Origin: Octopus bimaculoides
Taxonomy: Eukaryota
NCBI RefSeq assembly: GCF_001194135.2
Contig: NC_068984.1
Location: 49,353,946-49,410,899, forward strand
Reading direction: 5' to 3'
Length of the DNA stretch: 56,954 nt
A model generated the notes under the pieces. The model did no database searches. It was not told the origin of the DNA and saw nothing but the letters and a program-made list of their open reading frames with translations. Position numbers and translations under genes: made by a program. Shown in pieces: positions 1 through 11,532 of the stretch; position 1 is the first letter of the stretch, and every line of letters starts with the position of its first letter.

Positions 1-1203
1 TATATATATATATATATGTGTGTGTGTGTATATATTACACATACACACATACATATGTTTATCTATGTGTGTGCGTGTGCTTGCAAGTATGAATAAATTT
101 ACATACTCCCAACTTTTTTTACGTACGTATTCATATATACACAAAGAAAAGTATGTTTTTGTTAAAGAATTCCTCTAAAATTAGATGTAACATAGTTACT
201 TTATACAATCATACACACACAAACAGACACACAGACACACAAATAAAGGAACATATGCACATACACATTCACATAGACAATCACACATACACACCCAGAC
301 AAGTGCATGATATTCCTCTATGCACATATTGACAAGTTAGAAACACACACAGACAGACAGACACACACACACACACACACACACACACTATCATTCACTC
401 ACGCAATTGTGCAAACATACACGCTTACTTTCATAAGAATTTACCAACCTACATAGCTCAACTCCTACTTACTTATTACACTAATGCACAGTGCTGTATG
501 TGTAAAAATATACATTGCTGGGTGCACACTGCTTGCATCTCACTACCATACTTAGCAAGTATTTGTGCACCACAGCACATACACACCCTTACATTTGACT
601 ATGCAGCACAGTGTCTAGTAGCATAGCAATAAATATTTGCATGAGCCAACTATTTATATTCACAAACAGATATATACGCATTTGTATATGCAGAAAAATC
701 AGACATTCACACACTAGTATATACTCACGCATATAATCCAAAACAGTCACTGACCTATTTATATATATACATGTATTTATTTGAATGTATATTTGTCTTT
801 ATGTACTTGTTTGTATTTTTGTGCATCTGTGTGGGAGAGGGTTTGTCTAACTGCAAATGTCTGCATACAAATGCACACATACACTCATAACATACAGCAG
901 AATAGACACATGGCAAAGTGCTAGGATTTCTGTCTGTGCAATGCAATCTAAGTTGTGGAAAGTAAATTCGGTAGTTTGAGTACATATAAAATGCAGCTAG
1001 GTAGTGTTGTATGCACATTGTATGAAAGTGAGCAGCCAAAAACATAAATAACTAAATAAATCAGAAAGAAGATAGGTTAGTGAATGATAAAAGTTAGAAT
1101 CTAGGGTGGGGTATGTTAAAGTAACAGGAGTTATTTTGAGGAAAGATGGAAAGAAAGTGAAAATGAGAGACAGAGAGAAAATTAAATAATGAGAGATATT
1201 TGA

Positions 1204-1261
<58 letters not shown>

Positions 1262-2530
1262 AGGGAGAGAGAGACAAACAGACAAAGACAGGGAGCAAAA
1301 GAGAATTATACTTATGTTTGTGTCTATGTATATATGTGTATATATGTGTGTGAGTGTGTGTGGGTGTGTGTATATATATGTGTGTGTATATATGTGTGTG
1401 TGTGTGCCTGTTTACACACACAGACATGCATTCTTGTGTGTGTATGTGAGTACCAGAGAAAGTGTGTAAATATGCATTCATGAGAGACAGACAGAGAGAA
1501 AGAAGGGAGACATGAGGAATAAAAGAGTTATAGGAGAATTAAATAAGAAATAGGAAGAAGAAATGAACAGATGTAAGTTAATGTAATGGAGAGAAAGTTT
1601 GAAAGTATAAAGGGCATAAATATAAAGGAAAAATATCAATGCATACACACACATATTAAGAAAGAGACAGAGTGAGAGGGCCAGAGAGAGAGAGGAAGAG
1701 AGGAAGTGAGAGAGAGAGAAAGGAAGAGATGAAAGGAGAGAGAGAAAGGAAGAGAGGAAGGGGGAGAGAGAGAAGGAGCATGGAAAATTGTAAAGTTAAA
1801 TGCAAAATAGATAGATAGATAGATAGACAAACAGACAGATAGTCAGACGGACAGACAAACAGACAGACAGAGAGATAGATAGATAGAGAGAGAGACAGAC
1901 AGACATACAGACGGACAGACAGACAGACAGACAAAAAGTTAGTGATAAGAGACAGTTAAAAACTGAGTCAAAAGAAAGTGTGAGAAAGAGAAAGCAAAAT
2001 ACGAAATGAATTTAAGTGGGAGAAAGAGGAAAAAGAAAGAAATTAAGAGGGAGTGATGCAGAGTAGTGAAATGACAGCAAATGTGTGAGAGAGAGAAAGA
2101 GTGAGAGAGAGAAAGAGAGGGAAAGAAAGAGTGAGAGAGAAAGAGAGGGAAAGAAATAGATAGGAAGGAATCACCCGATAAAAGAGGCATCCAAATACAT
2201 ATATGCATATGTGAATAAATGTACAGTGACAAATGTGCATATTAACGCAACCAGTGCAGACTTATAGACAACAGCGGGTGAGTTGAAACTCCATACATAT
2301 GTGCGTATCTATATATACACGTATGTATATCTACACAAATAATACATGAGTATATGTAGGCATATATGTGTAGATAGATAGAGATAGATAGATAGATAGA
2401 GAGAGAGAGAAAGAGAGATGCATTAATGGCTGTGTAAGTCTCTCTTTCTCTCTCTTTCTGTGTATATGTGAGTGTATATATGTGTGTGTGTGTATCTATA
2501 CATATATATATACACACACACATACATATA
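1..2530. repeat. Compound microsatellite / low-complexity block ((TA)n,(CA)n,(GA)n,(GATA)n,(GACA)n)
   Basis: Direct reading, e.g. (CA)n ~345-388, (GA)n ~1207-1257, (GATA/GACA)n ~1808-1933. ORFs here are repeat translations. Confidence 0.95.
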
Positions 2531-2789
2531 TAGGGAAAGAGTGAGATTCATAAAGATTGAACACTGTTCCCACTACGTGCTAACTTAAACACACATACGC
2601 ATATATGCAGTGGGTGATATACATGTATACTTATGATTCCAAGCAAGTGATGCTACTAACTAATTCAACTCACTTTAGCTTACTAATCAGAATGTACAGG
2701 AAAGTGTGTTACCAGAAAGACATAGCTTAACACCACTACCCTTGTCAATGGCCACAAAAGGTTAAAGGAAATTCGTGAGCAAGTGGAAA

Positions 2790-3035
2790 TTAGTGGGGTC
2801 TCAGTCTAATGGAGCAAGTTATGATTATGAATGTGGTAGATCAAGTCGTAACAAAACCTGCCCAGCATGAAGTAATATGCAGTATTAGATGACATGCAGT
2901 TTTGGTAGTGTGCCAGGTCACAGAATCATAAATGCTAGATTTGTTGTTGAAGTAACAGCATGAAAAGTTCTTGATAAAGAACAAACAAGTTTATCTTGGA
3001 GTTCTTGACCTAAAGGAAACCTTCGACTGTGTTGG
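2790..3035 (+). mobile_element. Degenerate RTE-clade LINE reverse-transcriptase fragment
   Basis: Frameshifted translation GLSLMEQVM...LDDMQF(G)...QHEKFLIKNKQVYLGVLDLKETFDCV resembles RTE RT (..LDEMQFGF..QEKYLAKNKPLY.AFVDLEKAFDRV). Confidence 0.7.
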
Positions 3036-3538
3036 GTGTCCGGTGTCTAGTGACTTGCTTCTGCAAAGAACAATAGAAATATATGTTGAATAACATGGTT
3101 CATCAGAATTCATTTCTAATAGCTAGAGTAGCAGATTTAGTTATATTTTAAACTATTATTACTTTTAAGTGGTGGCAAGATTGAATTTATTTCTTTGTTG
3201 CATTTTTTGTTCTGTCTGGGATCATTTTTGTTTTTGTTTCTTATTGTTCTTGTTTATATTACTATTTGTAATGTAGTGGTGTGATTTTGATGATGGTGAT
3301 TTGGGAGTGTTTTTATAGTTAATGATGCTGTTGTTGCCTGTGCTAATTAATGTTTTATATTTTTTGTTTTATTTTGTTTGTTTGTTTTTTGTAATTTGTT
3401 AGCTTTCTTATTCTTCTGCATGCACACATATATGCACACACATAAATATGGAGAGATATATCTATACATATTTAAGGACATATATATCGTGGTCATATAT
3501 AGACACGTATAAGATTATAAATATGTGTTACTGTGTGA

Positions 3539-3624
<86 letters not shown>

Positions 3625-3865
3625 AAATGTAACATCCAGGGATTGAGGTGTAGGAAGAAAGTAGCTCCCAACAATCCATAGTAAATATAAAAAACAACTT
3701 TCAGGGAGAATAGTGATTTATTGAGCCAGAAGGTTGTGGATATTTTTCGTATTGAAGTATGATAAACTGAAAAAAGGTTTTTTTGATATTTCACGGTAGC
3801 CAACCAGCGTTGCTGTGTGTGCGAATAAGAATGCAAGAGTTACGGAATAGAGTGGATTAGATCCG

Positions 3866-3949
3866 GGCTACATATGTTTCATTGTGAACAGAACCTCAGA
3901 AGTAATAAATATTCAAGCAAGGCGGAAACCACAGGCTACTCATCAGGCC
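3866..3949 (-). ncRNA. Candidate type-I hammerhead ribozyme with long stem II (tentative)
   Basis: Minus strand: GGC-CUGAUGA-(59 nt)-GAA-ACAUAUGU-A-GCC. Intact core, palindromic stem III, GUA triplet and 3-bp stem I, but stem II is only weakly paired at its base. Confidence 0.4.
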
Positions 3950-3987
3950 AAATATATATATATATATATACCAGAGTTTCTAACAAA

Positions 3988-4027
3988 ACTGTCCGATGAA
4001 CGGGAATGTGAAACTCAGAGTAACAGT
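3988..4027 (+). ncRNA. Minimal type-I hammerhead ribozyme (CCGAUGA core variant)
   Basis: ACUGU-CCGAUGA-ACG[GGAA]UGU-GAA-ACUC A GAGU-A-ACAGU: 5-bp stem I, 3-bp stem II with GNRA loop, quasi-palindromic stem III, GUA site after 4022. Confidence 0.7.
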
Positions 4028-4059
4028 CTTTTGTTATATTTCTGCTGCTTTTAAATAAA

Positions 4060-4115
<56 letters not shown>

Positions 4116-4566
4116 GTATATATTGACAATTTTGTTAATTTGAAACACTTGGGGTGGAAGATGTTTCAGATATTTTTAAATGATTTTATATTTGTTCTGT
4201 TAAAAGGAGACAGATTGGTGATGAAACTTCATAAATTATTTCTGAAAGTTTCCATTTGTGATACCTCTCCCACTTGGATTTGGGATTTCAGAATTTCAGT
4301 TAAGCACACATATGTACACGTGTGCACACACATGCACACATGCTCACACATATATTTATGCATATTTGCATGAATACATAAATAAATATAAATGTATTTC
4401 ATACATATGTTGCTGTTCCAAATAATTCATAATTTATATAGACTGAGAACTTTTGAATAACACCTTCCTAAGCCTAATTATGAATAAACTTGTGAATTAT
4501 GTGTCTTACTATCAAGCTTGAATACATGCACGCATGTGTTTGTGTGTAGACATTCACGCACTCACA

Positions 4567-4610
<44 letters not shown>

Positions 4611-4689
4611 NNNNNNNNNNNNNNNNNNNNNNNNNNNNNNNNNNNNNNAGAGAGAAGACGTGAATTTTTTTGTCTCTCATTCACATCTA

Positions 4690-4990
4690 ACTTCGCGTTC
4701 AAAATAATAATTTTTCTATCGTCTTGGCCTAACAGCCCTTACCGTTTGTTTTCACTGCTCTGTCTTGTTCTCACTGTCCTGTTCTTGTTTACACTTTCAC
4801 CCTCTACAAAAAATTCCAAATTTAATTAATTTGTTTTTGCGGGAAGGACTGTCCCAACGAAGTCGCATATTGTCCTTGCCTTCAAAATGCGGAGTAGATG
4901 GAACAGGGACAACTGAAGAAGGGAAATATTCTTTATGTTGCATGTCTCATTTCTCTGTTTGTTTTTTTCATTGTTCGAAAAAATGTTTGT
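4690..4990 (+). repeat. Dispersed ~300-bp repeat, inverted copy at 33975-34310; possibly Penelope-like terminal sequence
   Basis: Reverse complement aligns by eye with 33975-34310 (catctactcc.catt..gacaatatg.gacttcg...aggacagtg...gttaggcc). Family assignment is a guess. Confidence 0.6.
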
Positions 4991-5138
4991 CTTCTGTCTT
5001 TGCCTTTATGTTTTCATTTCTCAATGTGTTTAACATTTTTTGTGTTGTCCTGTACCGATATATGCATGTATGTATACATATAGATGTAGGTTTGTACGTA
5101 TATGTATGGATATATGCATATATTTATATATTATTTGT

Positions 5139-5186
<48 letters not shown>

Positions 5187-5519
5187 TTAGGTATAGATAT
5201 AGATATATGCATATGAATGAATAACAGATATGTATTTGCAAGGATATTTAACATACTTATATGTGCTCAAATGTGGGAAGACTTTTTGCCACAGAAATTG
5301 TTTTGGGAGTAATTACTCCTCTTAGACAATGTGTGGAAACATAACAAGCTATAACTTCTGCCTGTCAGTGTTGCTACACATCCTCAGTGATGAATACTGG
5401 ATCCATCTTTCATTACCGAATCAGAACAATAGTTTTGGTATATAAGAATAGCAAACAATAAATTTGCTGGCATGAGTAAAGTTTAACGATGCACAAAGCA
5501 ACATTGAGTAAAATATATG

Positions 5520-6495
5520 CATGTACAATGACCGAGACCTTTGGAAATATGCTGTGGGTGAGAAGACTCAGCAAGCCAAGTGAGACCAAAATCCAAGGCC
5601 TCTTCCAGGGATGTACCCAGTCCACTTGCGCATAACATTCCTTCATTGGACACTAAACTCCGCTTGCAAAGACCTGTTGGGGCAAGCGAAAGTGAAATCA
5701 TGATGGCACCTGTACCAGTGGAACACTAAGAGCACCGTCCGAGCGTGATCTTTGCCAGAGCAGCTGTCTGGCTTTGCGAAGACCTGTTGGGGCAAGTGAA
5801 AGCGAAATCGTGATGGCACCTGTACCAGTGGAGCACTAAGAGCACCGTCCGAGCGTGATCGTTGCCAGAGCAGCTGTCTGGCTTTGTGAAGACCTGTTGA
5901 GGCAAGTGAAATCGAAATCGAACTAAATTTGTAGAACACTAAACTTCGCTTGCGAAGACCTGTTGGGGTAAGCGAAAGCGAAATCGTGATGGCACCTGTA
6001 CCAGTGGAGCACTAAGAGCACCATCCGAGCATGATCGTTNNNNNNNNNNTGTACCAGTGGAGCACTAAGAGCACCATCCGAGCATGATCGTTGCCAGAGC
6101 AGCTGTCTGACTTCCATGCCAGTGGCACGTAAATAGCACCAGCGTGATTGTTACCAACGTCGCCTTCCTGGCACTTGTGCCTGTGGCACGTGAAAAGACA
6201 TTCAAGCGAGATCGTTGCCAGTGCTGATGAACTGGCTCCTGTGCAGGTGGCACGTAAAATACACCATTTTGAGCGTGGCCATTGCCAGTACCGCCTGACT
6301 GGCCTTCGTGCCGGTGGCACATAAAAGCACCCACTACACTGTCGGAGTGGTTGGCATTAGGAAGGGCATCCAGCTGTAGAAACTCTGCCTAATCAGATTG
6401 GAGCCTGATGTAGCCACCTGGTCCACCAGTTCTCAGTCAAATCGTCCAACCCATGCTAGCATGGAAAGCGGACGTTAAACGACGATGATGATGAA
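5520..6495 (+). mobile_element. 5'-truncated RTE-type LINE: last ORF codons plus tandemly repetitive 3' UTR and (GAT)n tail
   Basis: Terminal codons NDRDLWKYAVGEKTQQAK* (~5527-5583). 110-bp units start at 5671/5781/5891. 3' end ggaagggcatccagctgtagaaac...catgctagcatggaaagcggacgttaaacgacgatgatgatg is shared with 11149-11532. Confidence 0.75.
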
Positions 6496-6879
6496 TGCTA
6501 TTTGTCACATTCATGTATACTTGATAATGGGAGGACCTTTCATTGTGGAAATAGTATCAGAAAACATTTTTCCTCATGGGCAACATTTTTGAAAACACAT
6601 AGGACATTATTGGATCATGGACATAAATACAGAAAATTATATTATACATATCTAGTCTAGTTTGGTAGTGGTTTACACTTGGACAGGCCCTGTGCATGTT
6701 AATCTTCTCCAGCAAGGTCTGTGAGGACCCATACCTTCTCCTGCTGCTGTTAAGTAGATTACTGGAACTACAGCCATCCATGACTAGTCTTGGGATGAAT
6801 ACTGGAATGATTTTCTATTGCCTTCTCCATGTAGGTGGAATTTGAACTCAGAATGTAGAGAGTCAAAAGATACACAATG

Positions 6880-7050
6880 AAGCATCTGCAATAATGTGCC
6901 AATGGTTCTGGCATTCTTCCACCCACTAGAAGAATATGAAATAAAATGTTTTGCTCGAGAACACAACACGTCAGCCAATCCAGGAATCAAACACATGATC
7001 TAGCAATTGTGAGGGTAGTACCCCAACCACTAGGCCACATACCTTCACAT
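6880..7050 (-). mobile_element. Degenerate tRNA-derived SINE 5' part (CORE-like family)
   Basis: Minus strand: A-box tggcctagtggtt, B-box gtttgattcc, then gtgttgtgttctcgagcaaaacattttatttca as in 42444-42780. Confidence 0.6.
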
Positions 7051-7198
7051 TATATATACCCATATATATATATATATATGTGAGTGTGTGTGTATATATA
7101 TATATACACACATGCACACACACACATATGTATACATATATATATATATACGCATACATATTTGTATACATACATATACGTACAATCATAAATATGTA

Positions 7199-7229
<31 letters not shown>

Positions 7230-7465
7230 GCTTGTAGTGTATGCCAGAAGCCTTGCAAATCCAATGGGGGTCTTAAAAGACATGTTAAGATCCACAATGA
7301 GCAGAACTTACCTGCAGGTATTGGTAGTTCAAATCAGAGGTGCAATCTGTGTGGGTGTTTTTTCAGAACATTGTCTGTTTTAAGAAGCCACATCAGACGC
7401 AATGAAGGGGCTAAGGTGTAGGTACAGGAGGTGGTCAAACTCTGTGTAAAGAGTAGACAACCACC
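7230..7465 (+). mobile_element. Probable RTE/BovB-like LINE 3' end encoding two C2H2 zinc fingers
   Basis: [21 protein letters not shown]...CNLCGCFFRTLSVLRSHIRRNE, stop at 7421, ~45-nt 3' segment, TA-rich repeats on both sides, no upstream splice acceptor. Confidence 0.6.
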
Positions 7466-7495
7466 ATATATGCACGTATATATGTATATATATAT

Positions 7496-7681
7496 CAGGG
7501 ATGTGCTGCCTAGGTAGGCAAGGTAGGCAGTGCCTACCTTGAATAAAATATTTCAATAGAAACATTTTCCTCTCATGGCAAAATATGCACCTAATTCAAT
7601 AAATTTATGAAGGTTAGTCTCATTACTATGCATAAAATGCAAAATGTTTTTTTTTTTGTAAGTAGGCATAATTCGTCCCTG
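7496..7681. mobile_element. Putative hAT-like MITE (~185 bp)
   Basis: Imperfect TIRs CAGGGATG..TGCCTA / TAGGCA..CGTCCCTG; no matching 8-bp TSD seen. Confidence 0.4.
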
Positions 7682-8024
7682 CTTTTCAATCTCAGTATTT
7701 AAGCCATGCATAGTACTACTGTAGTACACGTGCTGAGTACATTTCTACAACACCGTTTTCTTTACATGCTATAAAGGCAAAACTAGATCTGCCTTCCATT
7801 CATTCGTGCAACCTATGTTTCGCTTATTTTTTGTTTTACAACATAAAGGTTGCCAGCTGCCTACCCTGAGTAATTACTGATGGTACATGCCTGGTACGTA
7901 TACCCACGCATATAATTTTACCTTGCAATATCCTTTTCACATTATAACCCTGAGGCATTTTCTTTCTTGTTTCTGTAATATCCCCTTATTCATCATCTTT
8001 ATCACAATAATAATGAAATCATAA

Positions 8025-8240
8025 TTAAGCAGTAGATTTGCAGTATTGTCAGAGCATCAAAGAAAATGCTTTGCACATTTGTTTCACTTCACTACTCTGA
8101 GTTCAAACCCTGTTACAGTCAATTTTGCCTCTCATCCTTCTAGGATCAATAAGATAATGTAGGAATCAAGTACAGGGAACAATTTAACCAATTCACTTCT
8201 CCCCTAAATTTCAGATATTGTGCCTGTTTTAGAAACAATT
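8025..8240 (+). mobile_element. Old copy of tRNA-derived SINE family A
   Basis: ctgagttcaaa (B-box), ttttgcctctcatcctt, cccctaaatttcag..ttgtgcct tail. Confidence 0.65.
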
Positions 8241-8384
8241 AATATTCCACTACTTTTTTCTGTGTTACTAAGTTCTGCAAATATGTATTTACACTGACAA
8301 TATTGCTATTTTCTATATATTATATATCTGTACAATTCCTCCCATATATTTTTATGTAATCCCTTTTTTTATCATTCCCAAAGC

Positions 8385-8800
8385 AACTATTATTATGGGG
8401 ACTGTTTCTGTTTTCAACGCCTACATTCTCTATTTCTGGGGTTTATATTTGGATTATTTTTCTATTTCTTCCAACTTATATGCCGATTTCTATAGAAATT
8501 GATACATCATTTCCTTTTCCTTGATGGCCTTTGACAATACTGTTGAGGTGATTTACCTTTGACTTACCTTAATCTCCTTGTCTCAGTGAATTGGCATATT
8601 CCACAGTAAGGTCACTTTGCCATTTTCTGAGGTCTTTTGTAGTATGTTTCTGTCACTTCTCTTCTGCAGATATTACATAATTCTGACATAGTTTGCTGTG
8701 TAGGAAACTGCCAACCCTGTTGCTCCTGTTTATATATTCCGTTTTGGTTAGGACTGGACAGCTGGAAATTATGTGATTGATTATTTCTTTACAGTCTCTA
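8385..8800 (-). mobile_element. R4/Dong-clade LINE C-terminal fragment (zinc knuckle to RLE)
   Basis: Minus translation EIINHIISSCPVLTKTEYINRSNRVGSFLHSKLCQNY...ENGKVTLLWNMPIH*DKEIK. Confidence 0.8.
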
Positions 8801-9472
8801 CATATATTCTCCAGTTAGTTTATGTACATTACTTCATTAAGTTTTTGGAGATTGCTGGTGAAAAGGCTGTGGTCTTGAATTACAATCAAAACTCTGAGTC
8901 CTGAGTTTTTTTTTAGTTTTTTGTTTGTTTGTTTGTTTTTTTATCAAATGTTGTAATCTTTCTTTAGCCTGTTCTGCTTTGCCTAAACAGATTCAGTAAT
9001 GGCCATGTAGGAGCTTTTCTTACATTAATTTCACATGACATTTTATAGTTTTGTTTTTATCAATTTATTTTTTCTTAATTTTTGTAATTGTTTCTCCCTC
9101 TTTCTCTTAGATTTCTTATACTTCAATTTCATTTTATATTTGTTAGATTCCCTTAAGACAGAAAATGACTTTTTCTCTTTTGTTCATATTTTGTAACTAT
9201 TTCTAATAGTTTCTTTCCATTATTTTTTACAAAATAATTTTGTAGTTCTACAGAAGATATTTTACAATAGATTTCTAATTGCAGAGGTTGCTCTAGTTAT
9301 TGTTTCTGTTAGTAGCTTTTTATTATGTTATCACAACCATATTGCTGCTTTTATTGTTGATTAGCCAGAGGTTTAATAAACATATGAAGAAAGGTATTCT
9401 AACCATGACCATATTTAGTTATTTTCCGAAGTCTATGACCTTACAACTTTGGTTTATTGTATCCTCTATATA

Positions 9473-9643
9473 GGCGTAGGAGTGGCTGTGTGGTAAGTAG
9501 CTTGCTTACTAACCACACGGTTCCGGGTTCAGTCCTACTGCATGGCACCTTGGGCAAGTGCCTTCTATTATAGCCTTGGGCCAACCAAAGCCTTGTGAGT
9601 GGATTTAGTAGACGGAAACTGAAAGAAGCCCGTCGTATATATG

Positions 9644-9682
<39 letters not shown>

Positions 9683-9896
9683 CTGTGTGTCTGTGTTTGT
9701 CCCCCCCCCCAACATCGCTTGACAACCGATGCTGGTGTGTTTACGTCCCTGTAACTTAGCGGTTCGGCAAAAGTGACCGATGGAATAAGTACTAGGCTTA
9801 CAAAGAATAAGTCCTGGAGTCGATTTGCTTGACTAAAGGCGGTGCTCCAGCATGGCCACAGTCAAATGACTGAAACAAGTAAAAGAGTAAAAGAGT
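9473..9896 (+). mobile_element. Full-length tRNA-derived SINE family B with internal (TA)/(TG) microsatellite
   Basis: A-box tggctgtgtggtaag, B-box gggttcagtcc, gcaccttgggcaagtg, internal (TG)n, tail gactgaaacaagtaaaagagtaaaagagt; splits the Dong element. Confidence 0.9.
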
Positions 9897-10560
9897 ATAA
9901 TTATACCTGATCTGGCTTCAAAAGTATGGTCAGTCTTTAAGGAAAAGTCCCATAAGATTCTGTAATCCTCATTCTCGGTCACTGTCTATGGTTTGTGTTC
10001 ATGCTACTTTTTTTGTTATTTCAAAGCCACACACTCAGCTAATATCCCAATGCACTCATTTACCTACACAGCCATTACCTCTGCACTTATTCTTCTTTTG
10101 TGCTAGCTTAATGCACTCACTCAAGAGATGATTGATACTTTTGTCTCTTTTCTGGCAGATTCTACATTTGCAGTCTGACTGATTTTTTTGATCTTTGCCT
10201 TTCATTCATCCTAATGGCGTGTTCCTGAGTGACTATAATTAGAACTTCAGTCTCTTGTTTCAAGTTCCCTCCATCAGCCATAGCCTTACTTCCAGCAACC
10301 TTGGTTTGGTTATATTAATTAGCCATGTAATTCCATTTCTGTCCATCTGCTTACTCTGTTATTCTTCCTTCACTTTTTTTAATTCTTCCACTCAGTAACT
10401 TTTTAGGCATTTCTTGCTGCCAATAGTACTCTTTCTTCACTCTACACAATATTTCAACCCCAATAGCACAGTACTAATGGTGTCTTATCTTCTGCCACCA
10501 TCTTTTCTTGGTAGGTAGAATCTGTCACTATTACTTTTATGGTGATGTGTATTGTGCATT

Positions 10561-10937
10561 AGGAGGTGCAATGACCCAGTAGTTAGGGCAGTGGACTCGC
10601 GGTCATAGGATCGCGGTTTTGATTCCCAGACCGGGCATTGTGAATGTTTATTGAGCGAAAACACCTAAAGCTCCATGAGGCACCAGCAGTGGATGGTGGT
10701 GAACCCTGCTGTACTCTTTCACCACAACTTTCTCTCACTCTTACTTCCTGTTTCTGTTGTGCCTGTAATTCAAAGGGTCACACGATGTCATGCTGAATAT
10801 CCCCGAGAACTACGTTACGGGTACACATGTCTGTGGAGTGCTCAGCCACTTGCACGTTAATTTCACGGGCAGGCTGTTCCGTTAATCGGATCAACTGGAA
10901 CCCTCATCATCGTAAGCGATGGAGTGCCAACAACAAC
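10561..10937 (+). mobile_element. tRNA-derived SINE family C with (CAA)n tail and 10-bp TSD
   Basis: Head ggaggtgcaatgacccagtagttagggcagtggactc..ggttttgattccc; TSD ATTGTGCATT at 10551-10560 and 10938-10947. Confidence 0.9.
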
Positions 10938-11148
10938 ATTGTGCATTATGAGCAGCTCTCTAGTTTTATCTTAGTCCTTTAACTTGACCTTCATCTATTT
11001 CAGAAAGAGAGCAGTATACCTTAATACTGGCATGGCCCATATATCTATTGTTTTAATGATAATTTCACCATTTAATTTGTTTCAAGCACCTTCCTAATTC
11101 TCCTCTTGTGCTCTTGCATTCTTTAGAGATATTCTCTCTCATATCTCC

Positions 11149-11532
11149 TCCAGTGGAACGTAAAAAGCACCATCTGAACATGGCTGATACCAGTGCCCCT
11201 GACTGGCTCCTGTGCTGGTGGCACATAAAAAGCATTATCCAAACATGACCGATGCCAGAGCTGCTTGACTGGCTCCCGTGCCAGTGGAACATAAAACGTG
11301 CCATATGAACATGGCCAATACCAGTGTCTCCTGACTGGCTCCTGTGCTGGTGGCACATAAAAAGCACCCACTACACTCTCAGAGTGGTTGGCATCAGGAA
11401 GGGCATCCAGCTGTAGAAACATTGCCAGATCAGATTGGAGCCTGGTGCAGCTGCTGGCTTTCCAGTCCTCAATCAAGCTATTCAACCCATGCCAGCATGG
11501 AAAACAGACGTTAAATGATGATGATGATGATG
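11149..11532 (+). mobile_element. 5'-truncated RTE 3'-UTR insertion with ~55-60-bp tandem units, (GAT)n tail and 8-bp TSD
   Basis: Repeated ggcacataaaaagca motif; same 3' end as ~6330-6495; TSD ATATCTCC at 11141-11148 and 11533-11540. Confidence 0.9.

Noticed and set aside
1094-2523. Many ORFs (ERER.., SLSL.., HTHT.., YIYI..) here and across the window
   Set aside because: Translations of dinucleotide and tetranucleotide repeats or N gaps; no coding signal.
5999-6091. Exact ~41-nt duplication across the 10-N gap (same pattern at ~35282-35372)
   Set aside because: Typical overlapping contig ends, most likely a scaffolding artefact.
5647-6340. CRISPR-like appearance of recurring repeats
   Set aside because: Whole 110-bp and ~55-bp units repeat, with no unique spacers, no cas genes and a eukaryotic LINE context.
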